From assembly GCA_006226565.1 (NCBI GenBank), contig SBGO01000027.1:1-61029 (forward strand): a stretch of 61,029 nucleotides of DNA, written 5' to 3'. The notes below the pieces were generated by a model, which saw nothing but the letters and a program-made list of their open reading frames with translations, made no database searches and was not told the origin of the DNA. Each line of letters starts with the position of its first letter. The first letter of the stretch is position 1. The position numbers were made by a program, and so were the translations under genes. This stretch comes from Deltaproteobacteria bacterium. GTDB taxonomy: Bacteria > Myxococcota_A > UBA9042 > PHBI01. This document shows positions 8,544 to 19,168 of this stretch, piece by piece.

Positions 8544-9926
8544 CTAGAAGAGGAGCAGCGGGACGATGAAGAGCGGGGCGACGAGGATCATCAGCGCCGC
8601 GGTGTAGCCGATGAGGTCGCCCACCTTCAGGCCCGTGATGCCGAGCAGCGGCAGGGCCCAGAAGGGCTGGAGCATGTTCGTCCACTGGTCGCCGTAGCAG
8701 AAGGCCATGACCGCCTTGCCCATCGGGACGCCGAGCTGGTGGGCGGCCTCGATGACGACGGGCCCCTGGACGGCGAACTGGCCGCCGCCGGAGGGGACGA
8801 AGAGGTTCACGGTCCCGGCGGAGAGGAAGGTCAGGGGGCCGAAGCTCGCGGCGGAGGCGGCGTCGCCGACCGCGTGGGCGAGGACGCCGATGAGGCCGGT
8901 GAGCGCCATCATCCCCATGATCCCCGCGTAGAAGGGGAACTGGAGGAGGATGCCGCCGGTGCTCCTGGCGGCCTCGCCGATGGCCGCGGAGTACGCGCCC
9001 GGGCTCTTGTGGAGGAGGAGCCCGACCGCGAGGAAGAAGAGGTTGATGACGTTGAGGTCGATGGCGCCGAAGCCGACCCGGGAGACGAGCATCCCGAGGT
9101 AGCCGAGCGCGGCCGCCGCGAGGAGGGCCGCGAGGAGGAACGAGCGGTCGAGGGTGCGGGCGGGGCCGTCGCCGACGGGCAGGGCGATCGCCGCGTCGTC
9201 GCCGGGGGCGAAGGCGTCGACCTCGCGCACGTGGGCGTCCCGCGGGCTCATCAGGACCAGCGCGAGCGGGACGCCGACGAGCAGCAGCGCCGCGACGGTC
9301 AGGTTCAGCGGGCTCCCGATCGTCTCGGAGAGCGGGAGCGGGTCGAGGTGGAGGTTCGGCGGGAGGACGGTCGCGATCTCGGAGGCGCGGGTGATCTTGA
9401 GCGGCGCCGAGCCCGAGAGCCCGCCGTGCCAGACGAGGAGGCCGGTGTAGCCCGCCGCGCCGATGAGCGGGTAGTGGGCGCGGATCCCGCGGCGCTTGAG
9501 GGAGCGCCCCATGTCGCGCGCGAGGATGGCGCCCACGATGAGCCCGAGGCCCCAGTTCAGGAGCCCCGTGATCATCGCGACGAGCGCGGTGACGACGATG
9601 GCCCACCGGGCCGTGGGGACGTGGTCCACGAGCCGCGCGATGCCGCGGCGGACGGCGGGCGCGGCCGCCAGGGCGTAGCCGGTCACCAGCGTCAGGCACA
9701 TCTGCATCGCGAAGGCGAGGAGGCTCCAGAGGCCGCGCTCGGCCTTGAGCAGCTCGCCGTCCTGGATGCGCCCGCCCCAGGCGCCCAGGGCCTCGATCGG
9801 GTCGCGCCCCGTGAGCCACCACACGAGCACGACCGTGAGGAGGGTCAGCAGGATGACGATCACGAACGGGTCGGGCACCCAGCGGGCGGACCAGCGGGAG
9901 AGCGCGTCAGCGAGGCGACGGATCAT
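8544..9926 (-). CDS. atoE: Short-chain fatty acid transporter (AtoE/TIGR00366 family)
   Basis: WVPDPFV, LLAFAMQMCL, LNWGLGLIVGA, WHGGLSGSAP, FVPSGGGQF, GDQWTNMLQPFWALP. Confidence 0.92.
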   Translation of the reverse strand: MIRRLADALSRWSARWVPDPFVIVILLTLLTVVLVWWLTGRDPIEALGAWGGRIQDGELLKAERGLWSLLAFAMQMCLTLVTGYALAAAPAVRRGIARLVDHVPTARWAIVVTALVAMITGLLNWGLGLIVGAILARDMGRSLKRRGIRAHYPLIGAAGYTGLLVWHGGLSGSAPLKITRASEIATVLPPNLHLDPLPLSETIGSPLNLTVAALLLVGVPLALVLMSPRDAHVREVDAFAPGDDAAIALPVGDGPARTLDRSFLLAALLAAAALGYLGMLVSRVGFGAIDLNVINLFFLAVGLLLHKSPGAYSAAIGEAARSTGGILLQFPFYAGIMGMMALTGLIGVLAHAVGDAASAASFGPLTFLSAGTVNLFVPSGGGQFAVQGPVVIEAAHQLGVPMGKAVMAFCYGDQWTNMLQPFWALPLLGITGLKVGDLIGYTAALMILVAPLFIVPLLLF

Positions 9927-10027
9927 CCGTCATGACTACCCCGCCTCGCGGGGGCTGGCGAGTCGGGGCGAGCGTCCGAGCCGGGGAGAGAGGAGACGGC
10001 CCGGACGCCCGCCCGCGTCGCCCCCCG

Positions 10028-10378
10028 CTACTTGGCGTAGTAGAAGCGCTCGAACGCGACCTTGCCGTTCTTCCAGGTGCGCACCGCGACCTGGTTCATC
10101 TGGACGCGGAAGCCGCCCTTGAAGGTCAGGTCCCAGGACCACTGGGAGAAGGCGACGTCGCCGTCGACGGCGCTCGCGAGCAGCTCGGCCCCGTGGAAGG
10201 TCTCGATGCTCCCGAAGAAGTCGAGCTCGCGCTGGCGGTTGGCCGCCTTCCCCTCGCAGACGGGGTCGCTGTTCTCCTGCATCACGACGTCGTCGGCGTA
10301 GAACTCGTCGAAGGCCTCAAGGGCCTGGCCGGACAGGATCATCTCGTTCACGCGGGCGTCAGCAGCCTGGATGTTCAT
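10028..10378 (-). CDS. SnoaL-like / NTF2 family protein
   Basis: AFDEFYADDVVMQEN..GK.ANR.RE, QVAVRTWKNGKV..ERFYY; AGGAG RBS before ATG 10378. Confidence 0.85.
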   Translation of the reverse strand: MNIQAADARVNEMILSGQALEAFDEFYADDVVMQENSDPVCEGKAANRQRELDFFGSIETFHGAELLASAVDGDVAFSQWSWDLTFKGGFRVQMNQVAVRTWKNGKVAFERFYYAK

Positions 10379-10496
10379 CTCTCGCTCCTGGGTTGAGGTC
10401 ACAGCGAGAGAATACGTCCACTGACGAGATACAAAAGACCCTGGTTGAGGACGGTTTGTTCTCGTGCGGGAGACAATCGTTCGGCGCGGAGCCGCG

Positions 10497-10955
10497 TCAG
10501 CCCAGCCCTGGGAAGCCCTGCTGCCGGAGCGCGTCGTAGACCACGATGGCGACGGAGTTCGAGAGGTTGAGGCTGCGAATGTTCTTCGTGATCGGGATCT
10601 TGTAGAGGTCGTCCGGGTAGGCCTCGCGGATCTCCGCGGGGAGCCCGGTCGTCTCCATCCCGAAGACGAACCACGGATCGTCGCCCGCGGCGAAGTCCGT
10701 GTAGGGCTTCGTCGCGTGGCTCGTGAAGAACGCCAGGCGCTCGGGCGCGTGCTCGGCGACCATCGCCTCGAAGCTCGCGTGGAGGTGGAGCTTCACGTGG
10801 GGCCAGTAGTCGAGGCCCGCGCGCTTGAGGTAGCGGTCGTCGAGGGAGAAGCCGAGCTTCCCGACGAGGTGCAGGTGGGCGTCGACCCCGGCGCACAGGC
10901 GCGAGATGTTGCCGGTGTTCTGCGGGATCAGCGGGTTGACGAGGACGACGTGCAT
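10497..10955 (-). CDS. trmL: tRNA (cytidine(34)-2'-O)-methyltransferase, SPOUT family
   Basis: C-terminal part of ORF 10497..11918: VLVNPLIPQNTGNISRLC, LKRAGLDYW, FVFGMETTGLP, RSLNLSNSVAIVVY. TGATG overlap with the ParA stop. Confidence 0.93.
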   Translation of the reverse strand: MHVVLVNPLIPQNTGNISRLCAGVDAHLHLVGKLGFSLDDRYLKRAGLDYWPHVKLHLHASFEAMVAEHAPERLAFFTSHATKPYTDFAAGDDPWFVFGMETTGLPAEIREAYPDDLYKIPITKNIRSLNLSNSVAIVVYDALRQQGFPGLG

Positions 10956-12025
10956 CAGCCCCCCGGGGCGTACTGGCGCGGCATCACCTGGCTCGGCGCC
11001 TCGCGCCCGAGGGAGATCACGCGCGCGACGAGCTCCTCGTAGTCGTTGGCGGCGACCGACTTCGGCGCGAACTCGAAGATCGACTGGTGCTGCGCCGGCG
11101 CCTCCTTGAGGCGCGTGTTGATGCGGATCGGCGGCAGGACCTTGTCCTTGAAGTAGCGCTCGAGGTTCCGGATCACCTCGTGCGAGATACGGTTGCGGAC
11201 GTCGTAGAAGGTCGGCAGGACCCCGAGGATCGTGATCGGGTGGCGCAGCTCCTCCTGGACCCCGCGCAGGGTCTCGAGGATCTGCTTCACGCCGACGAGC
11301 GAGAGGTAGTCGCACGCGACGGGGATGAGGACCTGATCGGCGAAGTAGAGCGCGTTCTGGTTGAGCAGGCTCAGGCTCGGACCGCAGTCGAGGACCATGT
11401 AGTCGTAGTCGAGGATGTCCTTGAAGCGGTTCTTCATCACCCGGGCGGGCTGGTGCACGTGCGCGAGGTGGACCTCGACCTTGGCGAGCAGGTTGTTGCT
11501 CGGCAGCAGATCGAGGTTCTCGCGGACGTTGATGATCGCCTCCTGCGGATCGGAGCCGTCCACCATCACGTGGTAGAGGTTGCGGTCGCCCGAGGCCCCG
11601 AGGCAGACGCCCACGTTGCCCTGGGAGTCCATGTCGACGATCAGCGTCTTGTAGCCCGCCTGGGCGAGCCCGTGGGCCAGCGACACGGTCGTCGTGGTCT
11701 TGCCGGTCCCGCCCTTCTGGTTCATCACCGCGATGCGGCGCGGCCCCTTGCGCTGGCGCAGCTCCTGCCGGACCGGGTTCTCGCGGCACTCGGTGCTGCA
11801 GAAGTAGCGCTTCTCGCCGCCCACGAAGGCCATCTGGTAGGCGTAGCGCGGCTCGAAGGGGGTCCCGCAGCTGGAGCAGGTCTGCTGACGCTGCCCGAAG
11901 AGCGCCCGCTCGTGGCACGCCTGGCTGCAGTAGTAGGTGGGGGCGCCCCCCGAACGCTGGACCTGGAAGCTGAACTTGGGGGTGAACTCGGTCTCACAGA
12001 CCGAGCACGTCACGACTTCGGACAT
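10955..12025 (-). CDS. ParA/Soj family ATPase with two N-terminal TRASH/MYM-like zinc-finger repeats
   Basis: Deviant Walker A NQKGGTGKTTT, DMDSQGN, LDCGPSL; N-terminal CSVC..YYCSQAC and CSSC..YFCSTEC. Confidence 0.88.
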   Translation of the reverse strand: MSEVVTCSVCETEFTPKFSFQVQRSGGAPTYYCSQACHERALFGQRQQTCSSCGTPFEPRYAYQMAFVGGEKRYFCSTECRENPVRQELRQRKGPRRIAVMNQKGGTGKTTTTVSLAHGLAQAGYKTLIVDMDSQGNVGVCLGASGDRNLYHVMVDGSDPQEAIINVRENLDLLPSNNLLAKVEVHLAHVHQPARVMKNRFKDILDYDYMVLDCGPSLSLLNQNALYFADQVLIPVACDYLSLVGVKQILETLRGVQEELRHPITILGVLPTFYDVRNRISHEVIRNLERYFKDKVLPPIRINTRLKEAPAQHQSIFEFAPKSVAANDYEELVARVISLGREAPSQVMPRQYAPGG

Positions 12026-12225
12026 GATGCCCTCCGACCATCGCCGCGGTTGCGGTGCTCAGAACTGATCAGGCGTATAGCACCATATATGGCACCTGTC
12101 GCAACCGATCCGCTTTGCGCCACGCCGCGCGCGGCCCGGACGACGCACGCACGCCCCCGTCGACGCCGGGGGAGGCGCCTCCGAAGGGGGAGGGGAGGGA
12201 GGGCGCGGCTGGGGGCTGGCGACTC

Positions 12226-12765
12226 TCAGCTATCGAGCTCGTTCCAGAGCCGATCCTGGGCTTCGAGGGTGCCCGAGTTGCACCAGGCGCAGCTGAGCGC
12301 GTGGCAGCTCTTCTTGTGCTGGGTCCGGATCAGCGTGACCGGCCGCTCGGTGTGGCGGATCACGGTCTCGGCGACGCTCCCGGTCATCATCCGGGCGAAG
12401 CCGCTCCGCCCGTGGGTGCCCATCACGATCTGGCTGGCCTCGACCGACTCCGCCTCCTCGACGATGCGCTCGGCCGGGATCCCGGATCGGATGCGCGTCG
12501 TCACCTCGAGGCCCTTCAGCTCCTCGAGGGCGAGGTAGGACGGCAGGTGTCGCTCGGCCTCGGCGCGCACGTAGTCGAGGGCCTTGACCGGCTTCCCCTT
12601 CGACTTGGGGCGCACCAGGGTGTCCTCGCTCATCGAGGGCGGCAGCTCGATGACGTGCAGCAGCACGAGGCCCACGTCGGATTGACGCGCGAGCGTCGCC
12701 GCGTGGCGCACCACGTCGGCCGAGCAGTCCGAGAAGTCGACCGGCACCAGGATGACTCCGCTCAT
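12226..12765 (-). CDS. Universal stress protein (UspA family) with Cys-rich tail
   Basis: ILVPVDFS, LLHV, IVMGTHGRSG...GSVAETVIR...PV; tail KSCHALSCAWC. Confidence 0.9.
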   Translation of the reverse strand: MSGVILVPVDFSDCSADVVRHAATLARQSDVGLVLLHVIELPPSMSEDTLVRPKSKGKPVKALDYVRAEAERHLPSYLALEELKGLEVTTRIRSGIPAERIVEEAESVEASQIVMGTHGRSGFARMMTGSVAETVIRHTERPVTLIRTQHKKSCHALSCAWCNSGTLEAQDRLWNELDS

Positions 12766-12775
12766 CGCTCTCCCC

Positions 12776-13513
12776 TCACAACCGAAACCAGATGTCGACC
12801 ACCGGGAAGACCCGCAGGGTCCTCCGCTCGTCGGCGTTCGGCTCGTAGATGAACTCCCCGAAGCCGACGCCCGCCCCGATGTGCACCACGTTGGATAGCG
12901 CCACCGCGTACTCCAACTCCAGCACTGGGCGCAGCAGGTGGCCATCATCGCTGGCGTCCAGATAGCCCGTCGCGTGTACCATCATCAGCTGGGACGCGTC
13001 GATCAGCCAGTGCGCCGACGCGTGGATCTCCGCCAGGCCACGGGTCGGGCGCGCGCCGAGCAGGTCGACCCCGGGGCCCGCGCCGATCGAGAACAGCCAG
13101 TCGCGCCCCGCCCGCAGGGTCACCGTCGCGGTGAGCTGGACGGTCCCCGGGAAGCCGCTCCCGGGCGTTCCCTCGGCCGCGGGCGCCCCGCTCTCGTCCT
13201 CGCGCCGGATGAACGACCACGAGCCCGCCAGGTTGAGCGCCACGGTCGCGAGGCCCAGGCGCGACACCCGCCAACGCAGCGCGATGTAGGGCTGGCCGAG
13301 GAGCAGCAGGATCGGGTGGGTGGCGACCTGCAGCTCGTCGGTCACCCCGATCGAGAGCGGCGTCATCAGCCCGACCTCGACCATCCCCTGCTCGAGGGTG
13401 AAGGCCGTGCCGTAGCTCAGCTCCGTCGTCCGGCGCCAGTCCGCCCGCGCCGTCCCGGTCGAGACGACCAGTGCGACCAGCAGGACGATGGCGAGGGAGG
13501 CCCGGGGCGACAT
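12776..13513 (-). CDS. Exported hypothetical protein, probable outer-membrane beta-barrel
   Basis: Signal peptide MSPRASLAIVLLVALVVSTGTARA; amphipathic strands; aromatic C-terminus VVDIWFRL. Confidence 0.6.
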   Translation of the reverse strand: MSPRASLAIVLLVALVVSTGTARADWRRTTELSYGTAFTLEQGMVEVGLMTPLSIGVTDELQVATHPILLLLGQPYIALRWRVSRLGLATVALNLAGSWSFIRREDESGAPAAEGTPGSGFPGTVQLTATVTLRAGRDWLFSIGAGPGVDLLGARPTRGLAEIHASAHWLIDASQLMMVHATGYLDASDDGHLLRPVLELEYAVALSNVVHIGAGVGFGEFIYEPNADERRTLRVFPVVDIWFRL

Positions 13514-13608
13514 GGCGACAGCATACGTGTGGAGCGCGTCCACGCAATGCTCCCGTCACACCGGCGGGCGTGGCGTCCACGGGGGACGCCACGCCCCCGC
13601 GCCGCCGG

Positions 13609-13980
13609 TCAGCTCGTCTCGCCGTCGCCCTTGGGGCGCTTCGAGGAGCGGACCGGGCCGTCGAGGGTGGTCGGCCCGTCGACCCGCAGCCACGCCTTGA
13701 GCTTGTGGACGGTCTTGAGGCCGATGCCCCGGACCCGGGCCAGCTCGAGCGGCGTCTTGAAGCGGTGCTTGGCCCGGTAGGCGACGATGCGCTCGGCCTT
13801 GGCCGGCCCGATCCCCGGCAGGTAGGCGAGCTGCGCCGGGGTCGCGTCGTTGATGTTGACGACGCCGTCGGTCCGGACCGCCGCCTCCGGGGAGGGCGCG
13901 GCCAGCGCGACCCCGCCCGGCAGCGCCAGGGCGAGCGCCAGCAGCGCGGCGACGAGGGGCTTCTTCGAGGTGGAGAGCAT
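13609..13980 (-). CDS. comEA: ComEA family helix-hairpin-helix DNA-binding protein, exported
   Basis: Signal peptide; VNINDATPAQLAYLPGIGPAKAERIVAYR..F....L.RVRGIG; AAGGAG RBS. Confidence 0.88.
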   Translation of the reverse strand: MLSTSKKPLVAALLALALALPGGVALAAPSPEAAVRTDGVVNINDATPAQLAYLPGIGPAKAERIVAYRAKHRFKTPLELARVRGIGLKTVHKLKAWLRVDGPTTLDGPVRSSKRPKGDGETS

Positions 13981-14032
13981 GGGAGACTCCTTGGTCTTCG
14001 AGGTGGGACGCCAGAGCGTCGCCGCCTCGCAG

Positions 14033-14048
14033 AGCAGGTCCCGTGCCA
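14033..14048 (-). promoter_or_regulatory. Sigma54 (-24/-12) promoter of the comEA-like gene
   Basis: TGGCAC-GGGAC-CTGCT matches TGGCAC-N5-TTGCW with correct GG/GC spacing, ~53 nt upstream of the ATG. Confidence 0.7.
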
Positions 14049-14112
14049 CCACCGCAAGTCATCGTGATCAAAGAGATATGCGGGGAATCAGGCCGATCGC
14101 GGGACACCGGAA

Positions 14113-14206
14113 TGTCCCATCCACCGCCGAAGGTGTCCCATCGGCGCCGGGATCCGTCCCATCCACCGCCCGCATGTGTCCCACCGCGCGGCGGGAGTGT
14201 GTCACC
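14113..14206. repeat. Phased GTCCCA direct repeats (21, 21, 22 bp spacing), probable activator binding array
   Basis: GTCCCA at 14114, 14135, 14156 and 14178, degenerate GTCACC at 14201, inverted GGGAC at 14101. Confidence 0.7.
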
Positions 14207-14224
14207 CCCGCGCGGTGGCCCGGC

Positions 14225-14536
14225 TCAGTGCAGGATGGGGCCCGAGTCCCCGCCGCCGAGCTGGATCTCGCCGAACTTCTGCTCGTAGAGCTGGAGGTTC
14301 TGGCCCAGCGCGCGGAACAGGAACTTGGCGTGGACCGGGCTCAGGATGAGGCGCGACACCACCTTGGCCGTCGTCGTCTGCGGCGGCAGGAACATCGCGT
14401 CGAGCACGAACTCGGTCTGGTTGTGGAAGATCCGCGCCATGTTCACGTACTCGCCGAGGGCCATGTTCTCGTCGAGCTGGACGTGGATCTTGAGAGCGGG
14501 CGGTGGGGCCGTGCCGCCGGGTTTCTCGTCGGACAC
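14225..14536 (-). CDS. DUF3467 family small protein
   Basis: IHVQLDENMALGEYVNMARIFHNQTEFVLDAMF..RLILSPVHAK.L..AL..N...YE.KFGEI; AAGGAGGT RBS before GTG 14536. Confidence 0.85.
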   Translation of the reverse strand: MSDEKPGGTAPPPALKIHVQLDENMALGEYVNMARIFHNQTEFVLDAMFLPPQTTTAKVVSRLILSPVHAKFLFRALGQNLQLYEQKFGEIQLGGGDSGPILH

Positions 14537-14645
14537 GTGGACCTCCTTGTGTCGCCTTTCCTCGCGCGGGCGACGATAGTACAACAGCCGGCGCGGCCAC
14601 AACCGGGCTGGGCCTCATCCAGCCCGACGGCAGAGGGGGCGAGAG

Positions 14646-16142
<1,497 letters not shown>

Positions 16143-16145
16143 GCA

Positions 16146-16173
16146 TTGACTCCGGCGCCCACAACCCTACCCT
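16146..16173 (+). promoter_or_regulatory. Sigma70-like promoter candidate for rho
   Basis: TTGACT-N16-TACCCT about 90 nt upstream of the rho ATG. Confidence 0.45.
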
Positions 16174-16263
16174 AGGGGGCCCAACCGTCGGCCACTTTCA
16201 CCCGGTCCGACACCCGTCCCGCCCCATCCTCGCCGCCAGGCGTCGTGCGTCAACCGAGTCGAA

Positions 16264-17511
16264 ATGCACCTCCGAGACCTCAAGCAGAAGAAGATCACCG
16301 ACCTCCTCGGCCTCGCCAAAGAGCTGGGTGTCGAAGGCGCCGGTGGGATGCGAAAGCACGAGCTGATCTTCGGCATCCTCCAGGCTCAGGCCGAGCAGGA
16401 CGGGCTCATCTACGGCGAGGGCGTGCTCCAGATCCTCGCCGACGGCTTCGGGTTCCTGCGGAGCCCCGACTTCAACTACTTCCCCGGCTCTGACGACATC
16501 TACGTGTCGCCGAGCCAGATCCGCCGCTTCAACCTCCGCAACGGCGACACCGTCAGCGGGCAGATCCGGCCGCCGCGCGACAACGAGCGCTACTTCGCGC
16601 TGCTCAAGGTCGAGGCGATCAACTACGAGGATCCCGAGGTCGCGCGGACCAAGACGCTCTTCGACAACCTCACGCCGCTCTACCCCGAGCAGCGCCTGCT
16701 CCTCGAGTTCGACCCGGCCAACCTCTCGACGCGCATCATCGACTTCGTCGCCCCGCTCGGGAAGGGCCAGCGCGCGCTGATCGTGGCGCCGCCGCGGACC
16801 GGCAAGACGGTGCTCCTGCAGGACATCGCCAACGCGATCATGGCGAACCACAAGGAGGTCTACCTCATCGTGCTGCTCATCGACGAGCGGCCCGAGGAGG
16901 TGACCGACATGCAGCGCTCGGTGAAGGGCGAGGTCATCAGCTCGACCTTCGACGAGCCGGCGCAGCGCCACGTCCAGGTCGCGGAGATGGTGATCGACAA
17001 GGCCAAGCGCCTCGTCGAGCACAAGCGCGACGTCGTCATCCTGCTCGACTCGATCACCCGCCTCGCGCGCGCCTACAACACGGTGGTGCCGCCCTCGGGC
17101 AAGGTGCTCTCCGGCGGCGTCGACGCCAACGCGCTCCACAAGCCGAAGCGCTTCTTCGGGGCCGCCCGCAACATCGAGGACGGCGGCAGCCTCACGATCA
17201 TCGCGACCGCGCTCGTCGACACCGGCAGCCGCATGGACGAGGTGATCTTCGAGGAGTTCAAGGGCACCGGCAACAGCGAGATGCACCTCGATCGGAAGCT
17301 GATGGAGCGCCGGATCTTCCCGTGTCTCGACATCAAGAAGTCGGGCACCCGGAAGGAGGAGCTCCTGGTCGATCCGCTCAACCTCAACCGCACGTACATC
17401 CTGCGCGAGCTGCTCCATCCGCTGAACACCGTCGACGCGATGGACTTCCTCGTGCGCAAGGTCGGCGGAACCGACAACAACAGCGAGTTCTTCGACTCGA
17501 TGAGCCGCTAG
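16264..17511 (+). CDS. rho: Transcription termination factor Rho
   Basis: [63 protein letters not shown]. Confidence 0.98.
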   Translation: MHLRDLKQKKITDLLGLAKELGVEGAGGMRKHELIFGILQAQAEQDGLIYGEGVLQILADGFGFLRSPDFNYFPGSDDIYVSPSQIRRFNLRNGDTVSGQIRPPRDNERYFALLKVEAINYEDPEVARTKTLFDNLTPLYPEQRLLLEFDPANLSTRIIDFVAPLGKGQRALIVAPPRTGKTVLLQDIANAIMANHKEVYLIVLLIDERPEEVTDMQRSVKGEVISSTFDEPAQRHVQVAEMVIDKAKRLVEHKRDVVILLDSITRLARAYNTVVPPSGKVLSGGVDANALHKPKRFFGAARNIEDGGSLTIIATALVDTGSRMDEVIFEEFKGTGNSEMHLDRKLMERRIFPCLDIKKSGTRKEELLVDPLNLNRTYILRELLHPLNTVDAMDFLVRKVGGTDNNSEFFDSMSR

Positions 17512-17643
17512 GGGCGGCCGCCGCTTCGAAGCGATTATCACTTGCGACGCGGGCCGCGTTGCACTAAACACGCCGGGCTCGGCCTCCCGGCGTCCGTCGC
17601 CTCGCGCGGACGCGAACCGAGCTTGTATCCACGGAGGATCACC

Positions 17644-17886
17644 GTGAAGTCCGATATCCATCCCAAGTACCATCCCGTCATCTTCGTCGACGCCTCGACG
17701 GGTGACGAGGTCGTCACGCGGTCGACGCTGACCAGCAGCGAGACCCGCGAGATCGACGGCGTGAAGCACTTCGTCGTCAGCTCCGACATCACGGCCTTCT
17801 CGCACCCGTTCTTCACCGGCAAGCAGAAGCTGGTCGACACCGAGGGCCGCATCGACCGCTTCCGCAAGAAGTACGGACGCAAGTAG
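17644..17886 (+). CDS. rpmE: 50S ribosomal protein L31, type B (no Zn-binding cysteines)
   Basis: KSDIHPKYHPVIFVDAS, SHPFFTGKQKLVDTEGRIDRFRKKY; GGAGGA RBS before GTG 17644. Confidence 0.95.
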   Translation: MKSDIHPKYHPVIFVDASTGDEVVTRSTLTSSETREIDGVKHFVVSSDITAFSHPFFTGKQKLVDTEGRIDRFRKKYGRK

Positions 17887-18034
17887 GTCCCTCCGGGCGC
17901 CCTCCGCGCCCGGTCGCCCGATCGGGCAGAGAGACCTCCTCATGGCGCCCGGCGCCGGCGACGTTCGCCGCGCTGGGCGCGAATGTGTTCGTGGTCGGTG
18001 CCGACGCACGGCGCCGGCGAGGTGATGCGTCGCG

Positions 18035-19111
18035 ATGTTCCAGCAGCTCGATGAAGTCGAGGGCCGCTACGAAGAGCTGACCTCGCTGATGGGCGACCCG
18101 AGCGTCGCGGGCGATCCCGAGCGCTACCGCGAGGTCGCGCGTCAGCAAGCGCAGCTGGCCGAGACGGTCGAGACCTGGCGCACCTACAAGCAGGTGCGCC
18201 TCGATCTCGCCTCCTCACGCGAGCTCCTGCAGGACGACGACCCCGAGATGCGCGAGATGGCGCGGGCCGAGGTCGCCGAGCTCGAGGAGCGCGTCGAGAC
18301 GCTCGAGAGCGAGCTGAAGCTCCTGCTCCTGCCGCGCGACCCGAACGACGAGCGCAACATCATCCTCGAGATCCGGGCCGGCACCGGCGGGGACGAGGCG
18401 ACGCTCTTCGCCGCCGACCTCTTCCGCATGTACAGCCGCTACGCCGAGGGGTGTCGCTGGCGCGTCGAGCCGATCTCGATGAGCTACTCCGAGGTCGACG
18501 GCTTCAAGGAAGTCATCGCCCTCGTGAGCGGCGACCGGGTCTACTCGCGGCTCAAGTTCGAGGCCGGGGTCCACCGCGTGCAGCGCGTCCCCGCGACCGA
18601 GAGCCAGGGCCGGATCCACACCTCGGCCTGCACGGTCGCGGTCATGCCCGAGGCCGACGAGGTCGAGGTGCAGATCGACCCGAACGACCTGCGGATCGAC
18701 GTCTACCGCTCCTCCGGGCCCGGCGGCCAGTCGGTGAACACGACCGACAGCGCCGTCCGCGTCACCCACGAGCCCACCGGCCTCGTGGTGATCTGCCAGG
18801 ACGAGAAGTCCCAGCACAAGAACAAGGCCAAGGCGCTCAAGGTGCTGGCGTCCCGTCTCCTCGAGATCGAGACCCAGAAGGCCCACGCCGCCGAGTCCGA
18901 CGCCCGCCGCGCGATGGTCGGCTCCGGCGACCGCTCCGAGCGCATCCGGACCTACAACTTCCCCCAGAACCGGCTGACCGACCACCGCATCGGCCTGACC
19001 CTCTACCGCCTCGACAGCATCATCGAGGGGGAGGGCCTGGGCGAGGTGCTCGACGCCTGCACCGCCTACTTCAACGCGCAGCTGCTCAAGCAGCAGGAAG
19101 CGTCCGAGTAG
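18035..19111 (+). CDS. prfA: Peptide chain release factor 1
   Basis: [23 protein letters not shown] (PxT motif), [31 protein letters not shown]. Confidence 0.97.
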   Translation: MFQQLDEVEGRYEELTSLMGDPSVAGDPERYREVARQQAQLAETVETWRTYKQVRLDLASSRELLQDDDPEMREMARAEVAELEERVETLESELKLLLLPRDPNDERNIILEIRAGTGGDEATLFAADLFRMYSRYAEGCRWRVEPISMSYSEVDGFKEVIALVSGDRVYSRLKFEAGVHRVQRVPATESQGRIHTSACTVAVMPEADEVEVQIDPNDLRIDVYRSSGPGGQSVNTTDSAVRVTHEPTGLVVICQDEKSQHKNKAKALKVLASRLLEIETQKAHAAESDARRAMVGSGDRSERIRTYNFPQNRLTDHRIGLTLYRLDSIIEGEGLGEVLDACTAYFNAQLLKQQEASE

Positions 19112-19168
19112 GGCCCCCGTCGGGCGGGGCGGACCCGAGCCGGTCCGCCGCCACCCGAGCGATCGTCT

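Noticed and set aside
14113-14206. Phased repeats as a mini-CRISPR or plasmid iterons
   Set aside because: The conserved core is only 6-7 bp with ~15-bp intervals, and there are no cas or rep genes; position upstream of a sigma54 box fits activator sites better.
17942-18025. 27-codon ORF between rpmE and prfA
   Set aside because: No RBS, no recognisable motif, and a composition typical of random GC-rich sequence.
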